A stretch of 33,333 bases of DNA, taken from IMG/VR virus record IMGVR_UViG_3300004258_000004, positions 1 through 33,333 of that record; one strand, written 5' to 3'. Below, one piece after another: positions 7,861-16,858 of this stretch. Origin of the DNA: a virus. Lineage: Duplodnaviria > Caudoviricetes. The notes under the pieces are model-generated. The model ran no database searches. It saw only the letters and a list, made by a program, of their open reading frames with translations, and was not told the DNA's origin. A program made the translations under genes and the position numbers. How positions within the stretch are numbered: position 1 is the stretch's first letter; each line of letters starts with the position of its first letter.

Positions 7861-8318
7861 AAATTACGCAAGAGAAGTTAATCAACATGCAGAAAATAGT
7901 AGACTTTTGTCAGCAGCCAAGACTGCGCAAAGAAGTAGCCGAGCATCTTGGCGTTAGTGAGCCAACAGTATCAGCCTACGTGAAGATACTAAAGCCGCTT
8001 GGCAATATCCGCATTGACTTGAAATACCAGAAGCACGAATCTGGCAACTGGATGTGCGCAATAGTCACTATCAATCCAGAGCTTAGCATCAAGGCTGTTA
8101 TCTCTACATCAAGAGATGCACGCAAGCATGCTCCTATCATCAACAAACCCCAGGATGCAGGTATTGCTAGTTGGCTCGGCTATACAGACTTTATCCCGCC
8201 ACTAATCGGCGATATCTACGATGAAACCACAGAGCATAAGCCATCGCCACAATCACGCAGCAATCAACGGGTATGGGTAAGCGGATCCACTTTAAGTTCG
8301 ATATATATGGGAGCGTGA
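7857..8318 (+). CDS. HTH-domain protein
   Basis: RKEVAEHLGVSEPTVSAYVKIL HTH; ATGA overlap. Confidence 0.75.
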   Translation: MKITQEKLINMQKIVDFCQQPRLRKEVAEHLGVSEPTVSAYVKILKPLGNIRIDLKYQKHESGNWMCAIVTINPELSIKAVISTSRDARKHAPIINKPQDAGIASWLGYTDFIPPLIGDIYDETTEHKPSPQSRSNQRVWVSGSTLSSIYMGA

Positions 8319-8320
8319 AT

Positions 8321-8467
8321 ATGATTTATTTGATATGCGGGATAGTCATTGGGTTTGTTATCGGCGCATTAGCTACTGGTGGAAGTATGCGCGATAACAT
8401 CAAGAAGGATATCGAGCTAACAGGCCAACTACGCATTGGCGACAAAGTTTATAAGCTGACTAAATGA
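8321..8467 (+). CDS. Small membrane-anchored protein
   Basis: MIYLICGIVIGFVIGALA hydrophobic N-terminus; GGGAG SD. Confidence 0.6.
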   Translation: MIYLICGIVIGFVIGALATGGSMRDNIKKDIELTGQLRIGDKVYKLTK

Positions 8468-8661
8468 ACTCTTCAACCATCACTATAAACTCAACTAAAT
8501 ATTATGAGGCCGGTATGAAAATGACAATATCAGGCTGCTGGAAAGAGCATGGATGCTGGGAGACATTATTTATGTGGATATTCCGCATAAACAGAAAGCC
8601 TCTTGTATATCGAATCATATCTATTGACAGCGAAACTCAAATGACTGTTGAGCCAGCATGA
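8464..8661 (+). CDS. Hypothetical protein
   Basis: ORF-track call packed between neighbours; ATGA overlap with the next gene. Confidence 0.55.
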   Translation: MNSSTITINSTKYYEAGMKMTISGCWKEHGCWETLFMWIFRINRKPLVYRIISIDSETQMTVEPA

Positions 8662-8849
8662 AATCATCACTAGCCAGCATCCAAACTCAACAACCAGCCG
8701 ATAGCAAAGAGATGAAGCAGCTACGCATACGCGCACTCAACGAGAACGCCTTAGCCATTATCGAGCTGCAAAAGGTTCCAGACATGGCTAAGCGCAAGAC
8801 GATAGAGGATGAAGCTAAATTGCAATTATTTGGAAAGGTGAAGGCATGA
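8658..8849 (+). CDS. Hypothetical protein
   Basis: ATGA overlaps on both sides. Confidence 0.6.
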   Translation: MKSSLASIQTQQPADSKEMKQLRIRALNENALAIIELQKVPDMAKRKTIEDEAKLQLFGKVKA

Positions 8850-9226
8850 ACACAATAGCACCAGAGTTTGTTGATGACAGCCTAGCCACCATAGAGGAAA
8901 GATTACGCAACTGGTCTAACTGGGCAAGAGAGAAGCCTCACTATCGCGTTACAGCATCACTAGAGGGCAGGTATCGTGCGCCACCATCATGGCATCCACC
9001 ACAGCCACGAGTATTCGTTGATATTAATGACGCGCTAAAGCTGGAACGGGCGATTATTCATGTGCCTAATCCCTACAAAGCCATCATCATCTACAGCCTG
9101 ATACATGCCTATATCCCGATACAGGTATTCTGCCGCAAGAACAGGGTAAACCAGAGGGACTATGATGCTATGGAGCGTAAAGCTAAGTTTATGGTGCAAA
9201 ACAGAGTGAGAATGTTGGATAAATAG
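8846..9226 (+). CDS. Q-like late antiterminator
   Basis: IEERLRNWSNWAR N-terminus, C-terminal HTH-like region, just upstream of pR' and its terminator. Confidence 0.75.
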   Translation: MNTIAPEFVDDSLATIEERLRNWSNWAREKPHYRVTASLEGRYRAPPSWHPPQPRVFVDINDALKLERAIIHVPNPYKAIIIYSLIHAYIPIQVFCRKNRVNQRDYDAMERKAKFMVQNRVRMLDK

Positions 9227-9233
9227 GAGGGTG

Positions 9234-9377
9234 ATGATGGGTAAGGAATTGTGGCTAGTTATACCATTTTGGATATGCTTTATAATTGCAGCATTAGCCA
9301 TTTTATTTATATTGTCGATGACATTAGTGATTTCATTCAAAATGCTAATGACCTCATTTGGTTTTTCATGCACATAA
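9234..9377 (+). CDS. Small hydrophobic membrane protein, 47 aa (not in ORF track)
   Basis: MMGKELWLVIPFWICFIIAALAILFILSMTLVISFKMLMTSFGFSCT; AGGAGG SD. Confidence 0.65.
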   Translation: MMGKELWLVIPFWICFIIAALAILFILSMTLVISFKMLMTSFGFSCT

Positions 9378-9384
9378 ATAAATG

Positions 9385-9413
9385 TTGACAAGTAGTTTTC
9401 ATCGGCGTATAAG
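9385..9413 (+). promoter_or_regulatory. Late promoter pR'-like
   Basis: TTGACA-17 nt-TATAAG downstream of the Q-like gene. Confidence 0.8.
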
Positions 9414-9495
9414 TAAGTTTGAAATAACTGATACCAACTTAAATGTTGAGAGCTGACGACCCTGATGGGTCGCTTAGCATCGGTGAAAGATATAG

Positions 9496-9523
9496 AGCTG
9501 CCACTAAACTGGCGGCTTTTTTT
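9496..9523 (+). terminator. tR'-like terminator
   Basis: AGCTGCCA/TGGCGGCT stem followed by a T-run, about 80-100 nt after pR'. Confidence 0.8.
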
Positions 9524-9530
9524 ACGCCCA

Positions 9531-9770
9531 TAGTCTGCATTAGTGCCGAGGCTGCCCGATGTGCTTCTAAGCGCAAACCTAGGTAAAGGGATGAAACAGT
9601 CTCCGCTCTAATGTGGATTAAGCTATCCGATGCCAGTCGACATGTGGCTAGGTGGTTCGACAGTTGAAAAAGAACTGTCCGGCGATAACGACATAGTAGA
9701 CGATAGTAGGCTCATCAGAACAGCGTGAGATAGTCGAAAGTCCGTGGCGGCGCTGATTAATACCGCCATG
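9531..9770 (+). ncRNA. Putative structured ncRNA(s) in the late leader
   Basis: 13-bp closing stem 9531-9543/9608-9620 with G-U pairs valid only on +, nested stems, and further hairpins at 9659-9679 and 9743-9770; no credible ORF. Confidence 0.5.
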
Positions 9771-9781
9771 CATTCACACAC

Positions 9782-9806
9782 AAGCACCTTAACGGGTGCT
9801 TTTTTT
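9782..9806 (+). terminator. Intrinsic terminator
   Basis: AAGCACC/GGTGCTT followed by a T-run. Confidence 0.8.
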
Positions 9807-9821
9807 ATGCGCGGAGGTTTC

Positions 9822-10130
9822 ATGTATAGATTACTGATACTCGCAGCACTAGCACTACCGGCTCACGCAACAGATTTAGCATGTTACTCAGATAAAGGCG
9901 CAACTATTGCTCTCACTGACGAGCCATGCAAGTTTAAGGTAAGCGACTTCCAAGACTCACAGGTAGCCGACACAAGGCAGCTTCATCGCGCCACTAGCTT
10001 ATTCAAGGGCAAAGTATATGAGGCCTGCTGGACACCAGGCGAGCGTGGATTGCTTTACGTGATGCCACAAGACGATGATCGCGTATATGGCATGGAGCCT
10101 TCGATATTTAAACCATGCAGTACGCTGTAA
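9822..10130 (+). CDS. Small secreted Cys-containing protein
   Basis: GGAGG SD; signal peptide MYRLLILAALALPAHA; 4 Cys in the mature part. Confidence 0.8.
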   Translation: MYRLLILAALALPAHATDLACYSDKGATIALTDEPCKFKVSDFQDSQVADTRQLHRATSLFKGKVYEACWTPGERGLLYVMPQDDDRVYGMEPSIFKPCSTL

Positions 10131-10146
10131 CAAATAAGGACACATC

Positions 10147-10209
10147 ATGCAGAAGAAAACAGTTCCAGCTAAGAAGATGCCAGGCAAGAAATCCGGGAAG
10201 AAGTGCTAA
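10147..10209 (+). CDS. Basic micropeptide, 20 aa (not in ORF track)
   Basis: TAAGGA SD, then MQKKTVPAKKMPGKKSGKKC. Confidence 0.55.
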   Translation: MQKKTVPAKKMPGKKSGKKC

Positions 10210-10249
10210 CTCATTCAATTAAATCAATTAAATAACATTCGATACGAAT

Positions 10250-10537
10250 ATGGCTACAAGAGGCGGGCAAGATGGTAACAACAATGCAACAAAGTCCAAG
10301 GTTTGGTCTGATGCATTGCGTAAGCACATAGTGCAAAACCCAGAAGAGTTAGAGAAGGCAGCCAAGGCTATCTTTGCCAAGGCTAAAGACGGCGATGTCG
10401 CGGCCATGAAGGAGATTGGCGACAGGCTGGAGGGCAAGGTGGCCCAGCGTATTGAAGGTGCTGGCGAGAACGGAGAGCATCTATTCACTGGATTAACCAT
10501 TGAGTTCGTCAACTCAAAAAATTCAACTTCCGAGTAA
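10250..10537 (+). CDS. terS: Terminase small subunit
   Basis: Directly upstream of TerL; GG..GN.NA N-terminus, AKDGDVAAMKEIGDRLEGK. Confidence 0.8.
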   Translation: MATRGGQDGNNNATKSKVWSDALRKHIVQNPEELEKAAKAIFAKAKDGDVAAMKEIGDRLEGKVAQRIEGAGENGEHLFTGLTIEFVNSKNSTSE

Positions 10538-11765
10538 GCTTCAGTTCCTATTCGAGCCTAAGCGGGTAAAGGTTGCATACGGTGGGCGGGGTGGGGCAAA
10601 GTCTTGGGGATTTGCTGATGCGCTACTGATACAAGGCGCTAACCGTAAGTTACGTATTTTATGCGGACGCGAGGTGCAGAAGTCCATCAAGGACTCAGTA
10701 CACAAGCTGCTTGGTGATCGTATCGTCGCATTGGGCCTTGAATCATTCTACGAAATATACGAAACAGAAATACGCGGGATGAATGGAACAGAGTTCACGT
10801 TCACCGGATTGGCCGCTCACACCGTTAACACCATTAAGTCATTTGAAGGCTGTGATATTTGTTGGGTAGAGGAAGCGCAAAACGTCAGCAAGAAGTCATG
10901 GGATATCTTAATCCCTACTATCCGCAAAGAATCATCCGAGATATGGGTATCGTTTAACCCTGACCTTGATACTGATGAAACCTATGTGCGCTTTGTTGAA
11001 AACAAGCGTCCCGATAGCATCGTCGTCAAGATTAACTACGATGACAATCCGTGGTTTCCGGACACGCTAGAGAATGAACGCTTGTTATGCATGCGTGCAG
11101 ACCCTGGCAGCTACAAGAATATATGGGAAGGCGAGTGCAAATCCTCGGTTGATGGGGCGATATATGGCGACGAGCTGATCCGCACACTAGAGGAGGGAAG
11201 GGTGTGCAACGTACCTTATGACCCAATGCTGAAAGTTCACGTAATCTTTGACTTGGGCTGGAACGACTCAATGGCAATCATCTTGGCCCAGCGTATGGGT
11301 TCGGAAATGCGCATCATAGAGTACATCGAGGATTCGCATAAAACTCTGGATTGGTACTCGGAAGAGCTTAACGCCAAGCGGTATAACTGGGGGGCTTTGT
11401 GGTTGCCCCACGATGGGTCACACAAAGACTACAAGTACGGCAAGAGCGCTCAGGAAATCTTGGAAGCAATGGGCTGGGATGTAAACATAATCCCTATTGC
11501 TGAGATAGAGCACGGCATCAGGCTAGTACGTATGGCCTTTCACCGCTTCCTGTTCGATAAGAGCAAAACTGTGCGCCTCATTGAATGCGTGAAGCGATAC
11601 AGACGCAACATCCCTATTAGCTCTGGTGAGCCTGGACGGCCATTGCACGATGAGTTCTCGCACGGCGCTGATGTACTGAGATACCTGGCAAGCGTAGCAG
11701 ACCAGTTAAACAACGACATAGCGCCACAAGCGCCACTCAACATAAAGCGGCGATTCGTCGCATAG
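10500..11765 (+). CDS. terL: Terminase large subunit, PBSX-like family
   Basis: Walker A GGRGGAKS, Walker B ICWVEEA, FNP motif, nuclease DLG...SHGAD. Confidence 0.96.
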   Translation: MSSSTQKIQLPSKLQFLFEPKRVKVAYGGRGGAKSWGFADALLIQGANRKLRILCGREVQKSIKDSVHKLLGDRIVALGLESFYEIYETEIRGMNGTEFTFTGLAAHTVNTIKSFEGCDICWVEEAQNVSKKSWDILIPTIRKESSEIWVSFNPDLDTDETYVRFVENKRPDSIVVKINYDDNPWFPDTLENERLLCMRADPGSYKNIWEGECKSSVDGAIYGDELIRTLEEGRVCNVPYDPMLKVHVIFDLGWNDSMAIILAQRMGSEMRIIEYIEDSHKTLDWYSEELNAKRYNWGALWLPHDGSHKDYKYGKSAQEILEAMGWDVNIIPIAEIEHGIRLVRMAFHRFLFDKSKTVRLIECVKRYRRNIPISSGEPGRPLHDEFSHGADVLRYLASVADQLNNDIAPQAPLNIKRRFVA

Positions 11766-11777
11766 GAGCATGGATAT

Positions 11778-12017
11778 GTGCCACATGTGCCAATGAAAAT
11801 CGAGAAATTGAAACAATTTGCTATATACAAAGAGCCTGCGCACCGCCAGGGAATTATAGCTGCGCACAGGATGCGTGCTCCACTGTCAGAGCTAAAGCGG
11901 AAGGCTGATAAGTCTAGGTGTAGGGCGATAGACATAACAGTTGAGCAGTTGGATTATGAAATAGCGCTATATAAAAGTAGAGAATATCAACACGGCATAC
12001 GTATATTAAGCCACTGA
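11778..12017 (+). CDS. Hypothetical protein
   Basis: Fills the gap after terL; start uncertain. Confidence 0.5.
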   Translation: MPHVPMKIEKLKQFAIYKEPAHRQGIIAAHRMRAPLSELKRKADKSRCRAIDITVEQLDYEIALYKSREYQHGIRILSH

Positions 12018-12036
12018 TTTAAATTCTTAATAACTT

Positions 12037-12058
12037 AACCACCTTCGGGTGGTTTTTT
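12037..12058 (+). terminator. Intrinsic terminator
   Basis: AACCACC-TTCG-GGTGGTT followed by a T-run. Confidence 0.8.
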
Positions 12059-12076
12059 CATTTCAGGAGACAGGAA

Positions 12077-12367
12077 ATGCCAAGAGGAATACCTAACAAG
12101 CTAGCAGAAGCTAAAGAAGCGCCTGACATGGCTGACGTTGTAGAAGGCGCTGATGCAGTGGTGGAGGTGGTTGCTGAAGGCACATTAGCCATTCAAGAGG
12201 GCAATCAAGCGTCATACGCAGCACTGGAAGCCGACATTCAAGAGCTGTTGGTAGAAGCTGCTCCATTGCGTAAAGCAGATATCGATGATGTGGAATCTCA
12301 GGATGCCTTAGGCGACCTTGTAAATCAGATCAATGCATTACGTGCGCAACAGGCCAAGCTCGTCTAA
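12077..12367 (+). CDS. Hypothetical acidic protein
   Basis: AGGAGA SD; stop abuts the portal ATG. Confidence 0.75.
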   Translation: MPRGIPNKLAEAKEAPDMADVVEGADAVVEVVAEGTLAIQEGNQASYAALEADIQELLVEAAPLRKADIDDVESQDALGDLVNQINALRAQQAKLV

Positions 12368-14497
12368 ATGGCACAAATGGATGATATCCAGCTCATTGCC
12401 ATTATTGAGCAACAGGAAAGTAACGCCATTGGCTACTTCAACGGCGAGATTGCAGACGAACAGGCATTAGCGACTGACTATTACAACTCCAAGCCACTAG
12501 GTACTGAGGAAGAAGGTCGAAGCTCGGTCATGTCGTCTGACGTGTTTGATGTGGTTGAGGGCATGACCCCGCAAATCCTTAAGCCATTTGTAAGCTCAGA
12601 TGAAGTGATCAGATTCAACCCGCACGGCCCTGAAGACGTAGAGGCCGCAGAGCAAGAGTCGGATTACATCAACTATGTGGTCACGCAAAAGAACAACGTA
12701 TTCGAGCAGCTCACTAATTGGGTAAAGACAGGCCTGCTACAGAAGAACGGCATTGTTAAATACTGGTGGGATGAATCACGCAAAGCTGAGATTGAGCGTT
12801 ACTACGGCCTGACGGACGATCAATTTGCAATGATGATGCAAGAGATCGACGGCAACAAGGATATCACTGTCAAGGCTCACTCTGAAGAGATGGTAGAGAT
12901 GGACGGCATGCAGATGATGATGCATGACGTTGAGCTGCGTATAACAAAGGTTGCTGGAGAAGCACGTTATGCTGTTGTTCCTCCTGAAGAATTCCTTATT
13001 AGTCGTGATGCCAAGAGTATAGACCCACAACGTGCAACATTTGTAGAGCATCGCCAGAAGCTAACACTGTCAGCCATTCGTGAGATGGGCTATGAGGTTG
13101 ACGATAAAGATATCGACCTGTCTGCAAACGATACCGATTTGAGCCAGCAAGCCTTGGCCCGCTTAAATGCGGACGAGACTGAGACATTCAACGGCGAGTT
13201 CTCTGATATCTCCATGCGTGAAACGCTGTTCCGTGAAATTTATATGCAGACCGACTATGACGGTGACGGCATCGCTGAATTACGCAAGATATGCATGGTA
13301 GGCAAGCGCATCCTGGAGAACGAGGAGACCGAAGAAATCCCGTTCTGCGCCTGGACTCCATATCTGCAAGCATTTAAGTTCTACGGAAAGTGTCCTGCCG
13401 ATGAGACTGTCGAGATTCAGTTGGTTAAGACCACGCTGATTCGTCAAAACATGGACAACATCTATACGATCAACAACAACCGCACGTTTGTCAGCAATGA
13501 CGTAAATATTGACGACCTGCTTGATAACGCCATTGGCGGCGTGGTTCGCCTTAAAGACAAAGCGCAGGGCGGCGTATCAAATCACGTCATGAGTATGCCT
13601 GTTACCCCTATCGGCGGCATCATCCAGCCCATGATTGAGTATTGGGATACCGCCAAAGAGAACCGTACAGGCTTTACCCGTTATAACCAAGGCATGGATG
13701 CCAATAGCCTGAACAAGACAGCCACAGGCGTTCGCATCATCACCGAGCAATCCAACCTAAAAGCCGAGCTGGTATCGCGCACATTTGCTGAGTGCGGGCT
13801 AAAGCCGCTGATGCTTGGCATTCATGGTTTATGTCGCCGCCATTCCACACAGCAAGAGACTGTACGACTTCGTGGCAAGTGGGTGAATGTTGACCCTCGC
13901 CAGTGGAAAACGCGCACAGATATGACCATCAGCGTAGGCCTTGGCAACTCTGACAACCAAATCAAGATGCAAGGCATACAAAGCATCATCAATACGCAGA
14001 AAGATCTGGCTGCTATCCCTCAATTGGGGCTAGTCAAGCCACAAAACGTATTCAATGCCGCCGCCGAGATGGCGAAGACGCAAGGATTTAAGGATGCGGA
14101 GAAATTCTTCACACGTCCACCTGAAGGCGAGCAGCCGCCTGCAATCCCGCCTGAAATGCAGCAACAAATGCAGGAAATGCAGCAACAACTTCAGCAATTG
14201 ACGCAAGAAAACCACGACTTGAAGCAAGGATTTGCGCTTAAACAGCAGGAAATCAGCCTTAAGAAAGAGGAATTAGACCTGAAGCACGCTGTTGCTGTTG
14301 ATACCGCTGATCTTGAGCAGCAAAAGGTTGATATATCCAAGGTATCGCAAGAAAACGCCTTTCTAAAGGATGTGGTAAGCACATTGCAGGAACACCAAAA
14401 CGACATGCTTGAGCATCAGTCAGCCCAGAGCGACCTATTGCAAAGCGTCATGAAAATCATAGTAGGCCAACCGGAGACAGAAGATGTCAACTCTTGA
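12368..14497 (+). CDS. Portal protein (podovirus type, long Q-rich C-terminal coiled coil)
   Basis: 709 aa after terL; GRSSVMSSDV.D.VE...P...AAEQESDYINYV and ENRTG.TRYNQG.D...LNKTATG motifs. Confidence 0.93.
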   Translation: MAQMDDIQLIAIIEQQESNAIGYFNGEIADEQALATDYYNSKPLGTEEEGRSSVMSSDVFDVVEGMTPQILKPFVSSDEVIRFNPHGPEDVEAAEQESDYINYVVTQKNNVFEQLTNWVKTGLLQKNGIVKYWWDESRKAEIERYYGLTDDQFAMMMQEIDGNKDITVKAHSEEMVEMDGMQMMMHDVELRITKVAGEARYAVVPPEEFLISRDAKSIDPQRATFVEHRQKLTLSAIREMGYEVDDKDIDLSANDTDLSQQALARLNADETETFNGEFSDISMRETLFREIYMQTDYDGDGIAELRKICMVGKRILENEETEEIPFCAWTPYLQAFKFYGKCPADETVEIQLVKTTLIRQNMDNIYTINNNRTFVSNDVNIDDLLDNAIGGVVRLKDKAQGGVSNHVMSMPVTPIGGIIQPMIEYWDTAKENRTGFTRYNQGMDANSLNKTATGVRIITEQSNLKAELVSRTFAECGLKPLMLGIHGLCRRHSTQQETVRLRGKWVNVDPRQWKTRTDMTISVGLGNSDNQIKMQGIQSIINTQKDLAAIPQLGLVKPQNVFNAAAEMAKTQGFKDAEKFFTRPPEGEQPPAIPPEMQQQMQEMQQQLQQLTQENHDLKQGFALKQQEISLKKEELDLKHAVAVDTADLEQQKVDISKVSQENAFLKDVVSTLQEHQNDMLEHQSAQSDLLQSVMKIIVGQPETEDVNS

Positions 14498-14765
14498 AGT
14501 AACGCTAGCTATTGGGGTGACAAGCGACCCTATTTTAGCCATTAAGCCAGAAACTACCATTACCGCTGTTCCTGGTGGCGGCGGCTCTGTTTCAGTTGAA
14601 TATTCAACCTCTACGGAAGGCAAAGTGACCGCCGGGACTGCTAACTGGCAGACGTGGCCCGCAGGGTCGGTGACGGCTACTACTAGCGACACACTGATTG
14701 GAAAGATCACTGCCATCAGAGCTACTGCATTGGTAGCAATAGGCTTGCTTGAGGTGCGTAACTGA
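14484..14765 (+). CDS. Small beta-rich protein, probably a virion accessory
   Basis: Thr/Val/Gly-rich 93 aa; overlaps the portal end and is TGATG-coupled to the next gene. Confidence 0.7.
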   Translation: MSTLEVTLAIGVTSDPILAIKPETTITAVPGGGGSVSVEYSTSTEGKVTAGTANWQTWPAGSVTATTSDTLIGKITAIRATALVAIGLLEVRN

Positions 14766-16852
14766 TGGGCGGCCCGTGGAGAGGTGATACTGTTGGCGGC
14801 AGTAGCGGGTTAGGCTCATCTGCCGACAATCCCTACGATGTAGTCGTTTACATGGCTAACTTCGCTGGCATATGCGCAGCCATAGCAGCCAAGCGTCAAG
14901 GCGCTAGAGTGCTGCTGATTAACCCGCGAGAAGATATAGGCGGCATGCCAGTATCAGGGGTAGCGTTTACCGATTCTCAAAGCGGTACGTTCATGCGCAG
15001 CACCATCACTGGAATCGTTGCCGAGATATACAACAACGCCGACAAGATTTACAACTTTGGCCTGCAGGATTACTACCGTGTAAATAACTACTCATGCGAA
15101 AACAAAGTGATGCAGGTCATCCTGAACCGCATGTTGCAGAAAGAAGATATCCAGGTACATAACTACGTCAAGATCACCGGACTCGCAAAGTCAGGTACGA
15201 CTATCTCATCAGTCACTACTGACACGATGGGTACGATCTACGCCAAGCAGTACATTGATGCAACCTATTGGGGCGATCTGTTGCCACTGGCTGGATGCTC
15301 TTACACAGTAGGCCGCGAAGCGCTAGCTCAATACACCGAGACAGGGTATCAAGCAGGTACGATTACTGCAGCAGCCAATCAGCCTACCAATCCAGTAGAC
15401 CCGTACATCATCGCTGGCGACTCTGCTTCTGGCCTGTTGCCTTACGTGCAAGCAGGTACATTGCAGGCTAATGGCAATGCCGAGACTACCGTGCAGGCAA
15501 TGGGCATGCGTCTTGCAATGACCAATGACGCAAGCAAGATTGCGTTCCCTGCGCCATCCAACTATAACCCCGCTAATTATGAGTTATTCCGCCGCCACTT
15601 AGTTGCTAATGGTTCAGGCTGGACTAATGCTACTGATGTATTGAACTTCCAGAATGGTTTCCCTGCTATCCCGCCTGCAACGATTAACAAGCGTGATGCG
15701 AATAACAAAGGCATCTTTTCATTAGATTACATCCACCCAGACTCTACTAGGTACGCCACAGCCACATGGGATGAGCGAGCACAGATTAACGAAGATATCC
15801 TGCAATACACACTTGGCTGGTTCTACTTCCTGCAATACGACACTACACCTGCAACAGTAGCCGCAGTACCAGCAGCATTACGCACTAGCATGCTGACATG
15901 GGGGCTATGCCCTGACGAGTTCGTAGACAACGCTGGCATGTCCTACTACCCATACCCACGAGAAGGCCGCCGCATGATCGGTGACTTCGTGGTTAAGGCC
16001 CAGAATATAGGGGCTTTGAATGCGTTTACTGACCAAGTAGCCCAAGCCTATTACGCCTTTGATTCACATCCATGCCAGAACCTGGCCTCGGCTGGAATTC
16101 TCAAGCAAGAAGGCGCAATGACTGGTGCGCAAGTATCTATCGTCGGGAATCGTATTCCTCGCCGCATATACATGCCTAAGGTTTCAGAGTGCACCAACCT
16201 TGCAGTTGTATGTGCAGGCTCCATGACACACGCTGCTTACTGCGCTATCCGCTTGGAGCCTATCTTTGGCAACATAGCAGAAGGCGCTGGGATTAACGCC
16301 GCACTCGCTGCACAGAAAGGCACTACGCTGCAAGGCGTTACTGATGCTGATGTGCTGTACTACCAGGATATCTATGGATGGCGTAACTATGGTGGAGCTT
16401 CGCTATCTGCTGATGGCACATACAATCAAGGCACGGTAGTTACTGTTGGGACTTGGGGGACTAGCGCCACATACATTTGCGGCACTACTACCATCGCCAC
16501 CTGCAACGCCACCTCGGCAACTAATACCAAAGAATTCCAGCCCACCTTGCAGGAAAGCACTTTGTATGACGTGTATGTCAGGTTTGTAGATACCAGCACC
16601 ACTACACGCGGCACGCCAACATTCACTGTTAAGTCGCAAGGCTCTACTGTATTCACAACCACGCTGAATGAAACATACACGGCAGAAGGTGGCTATTGGC
16701 CTCATCTTGGACAGTTCTTCTTCAAGGCAGGGGATGCTACCAATAACAGCGTGATGATTACCCATGACAATACAGCAAACGCTACAAATATTGCTGGCAT
16801 GATATTTATCCCAGCTCGGAATAATCCAAAGAATAAACGCACGATTCTTTAA
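14765..16852 (+). CDS. FAD-dependent oxidoreductase-fold protein (FAD_oxidored-like) with C-terminal xanthan-lyase/golvesin-type CBM-like domain
   Basis: DVVVY...AGICAAIAAKRQG, IGGM, IDATY.GDL...AG.SYTVGRE, REGRRMIG, DSH, ECTNL, H.AY..IRLEP; C-terminal YDVY...GG.W..LGQF.F.AG. Confidence 0.85.
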   Translation: MGGPWRGDTVGGSSGLGSSADNPYDVVVYMANFAGICAAIAAKRQGARVLLINPREDIGGMPVSGVAFTDSQSGTFMRSTITGIVAEIYNNADKIYNFGLQDYYRVNNYSCENKVMQVILNRMLQKEDIQVHNYVKITGLAKSGTTISSVTTDTMGTIYAKQYIDATYWGDLLPLAGCSYTVGREALAQYTETGYQAGTITAAANQPTNPVDPYIIAGDSASGLLPYVQAGTLQANGNAETTVQAMGMRLAMTNDASKIAFPAPSNYNPANYELFRRHLVANGSGWTNATDVLNFQNGFPAIPPATINKRDANNKGIFSLDYIHPDSTRYATATWDERAQINEDILQYTLGWFYFLQYDTTPATVAAVPAALRTSMLTWGLCPDEFVDNAGMSYYPYPREGRRMIGDFVVKAQNIGALNAFTDQVAQAYYAFDSHPCQNLASAGILKQEGAMTGAQVSIVGNRIPRRIYMPKVSECTNLAVVCAGSMTHAAYCAIRLEPIFGNIAEGAGINAALAAQKGTTLQGVTDADVLYYQDIYGWRNYGGASLSADGTYNQGTVVTVGTWGTSATYICGTTTIATCNATSATNTKEFQPTLQESTLYDVYVRFVDTSTTTRGTPTFTVKSQGSTVFTTTLNETYTAEGGYWPHLGQFFFKAGDATNNSVMITHDNTANATNIAGMIFIPARNNPKNKRTIL

Positions 16853-16858
16853 TTAATT

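Noticed and set aside
9451-9490. CTGACGA...GAAA as a hammerhead ribozyme core
   Set aside because: CTGACGA is taken up in a simple hairpin (GCTGA-CGACCC/GGGTCG-TTAGC) and stems I and III cannot be formed
9640-9680. GGTTCGA as the T-loop of a tRNA
   Set aside because: No matching T-stem, acceptor stem or anticodon arm can be built around it
9744-9821. ORF-track N-terminal extension of the secreted protein
   Set aside because: It crosses a terminator; ATG 9822 has a GGAGG SD and begins a signal peptide
14765-16852. Calling the oxidoreductase-fold gene host DNA or a prophage boundary
   Set aside because: It is translationally coupled within the head operon, with portal and scaffold genes on either side
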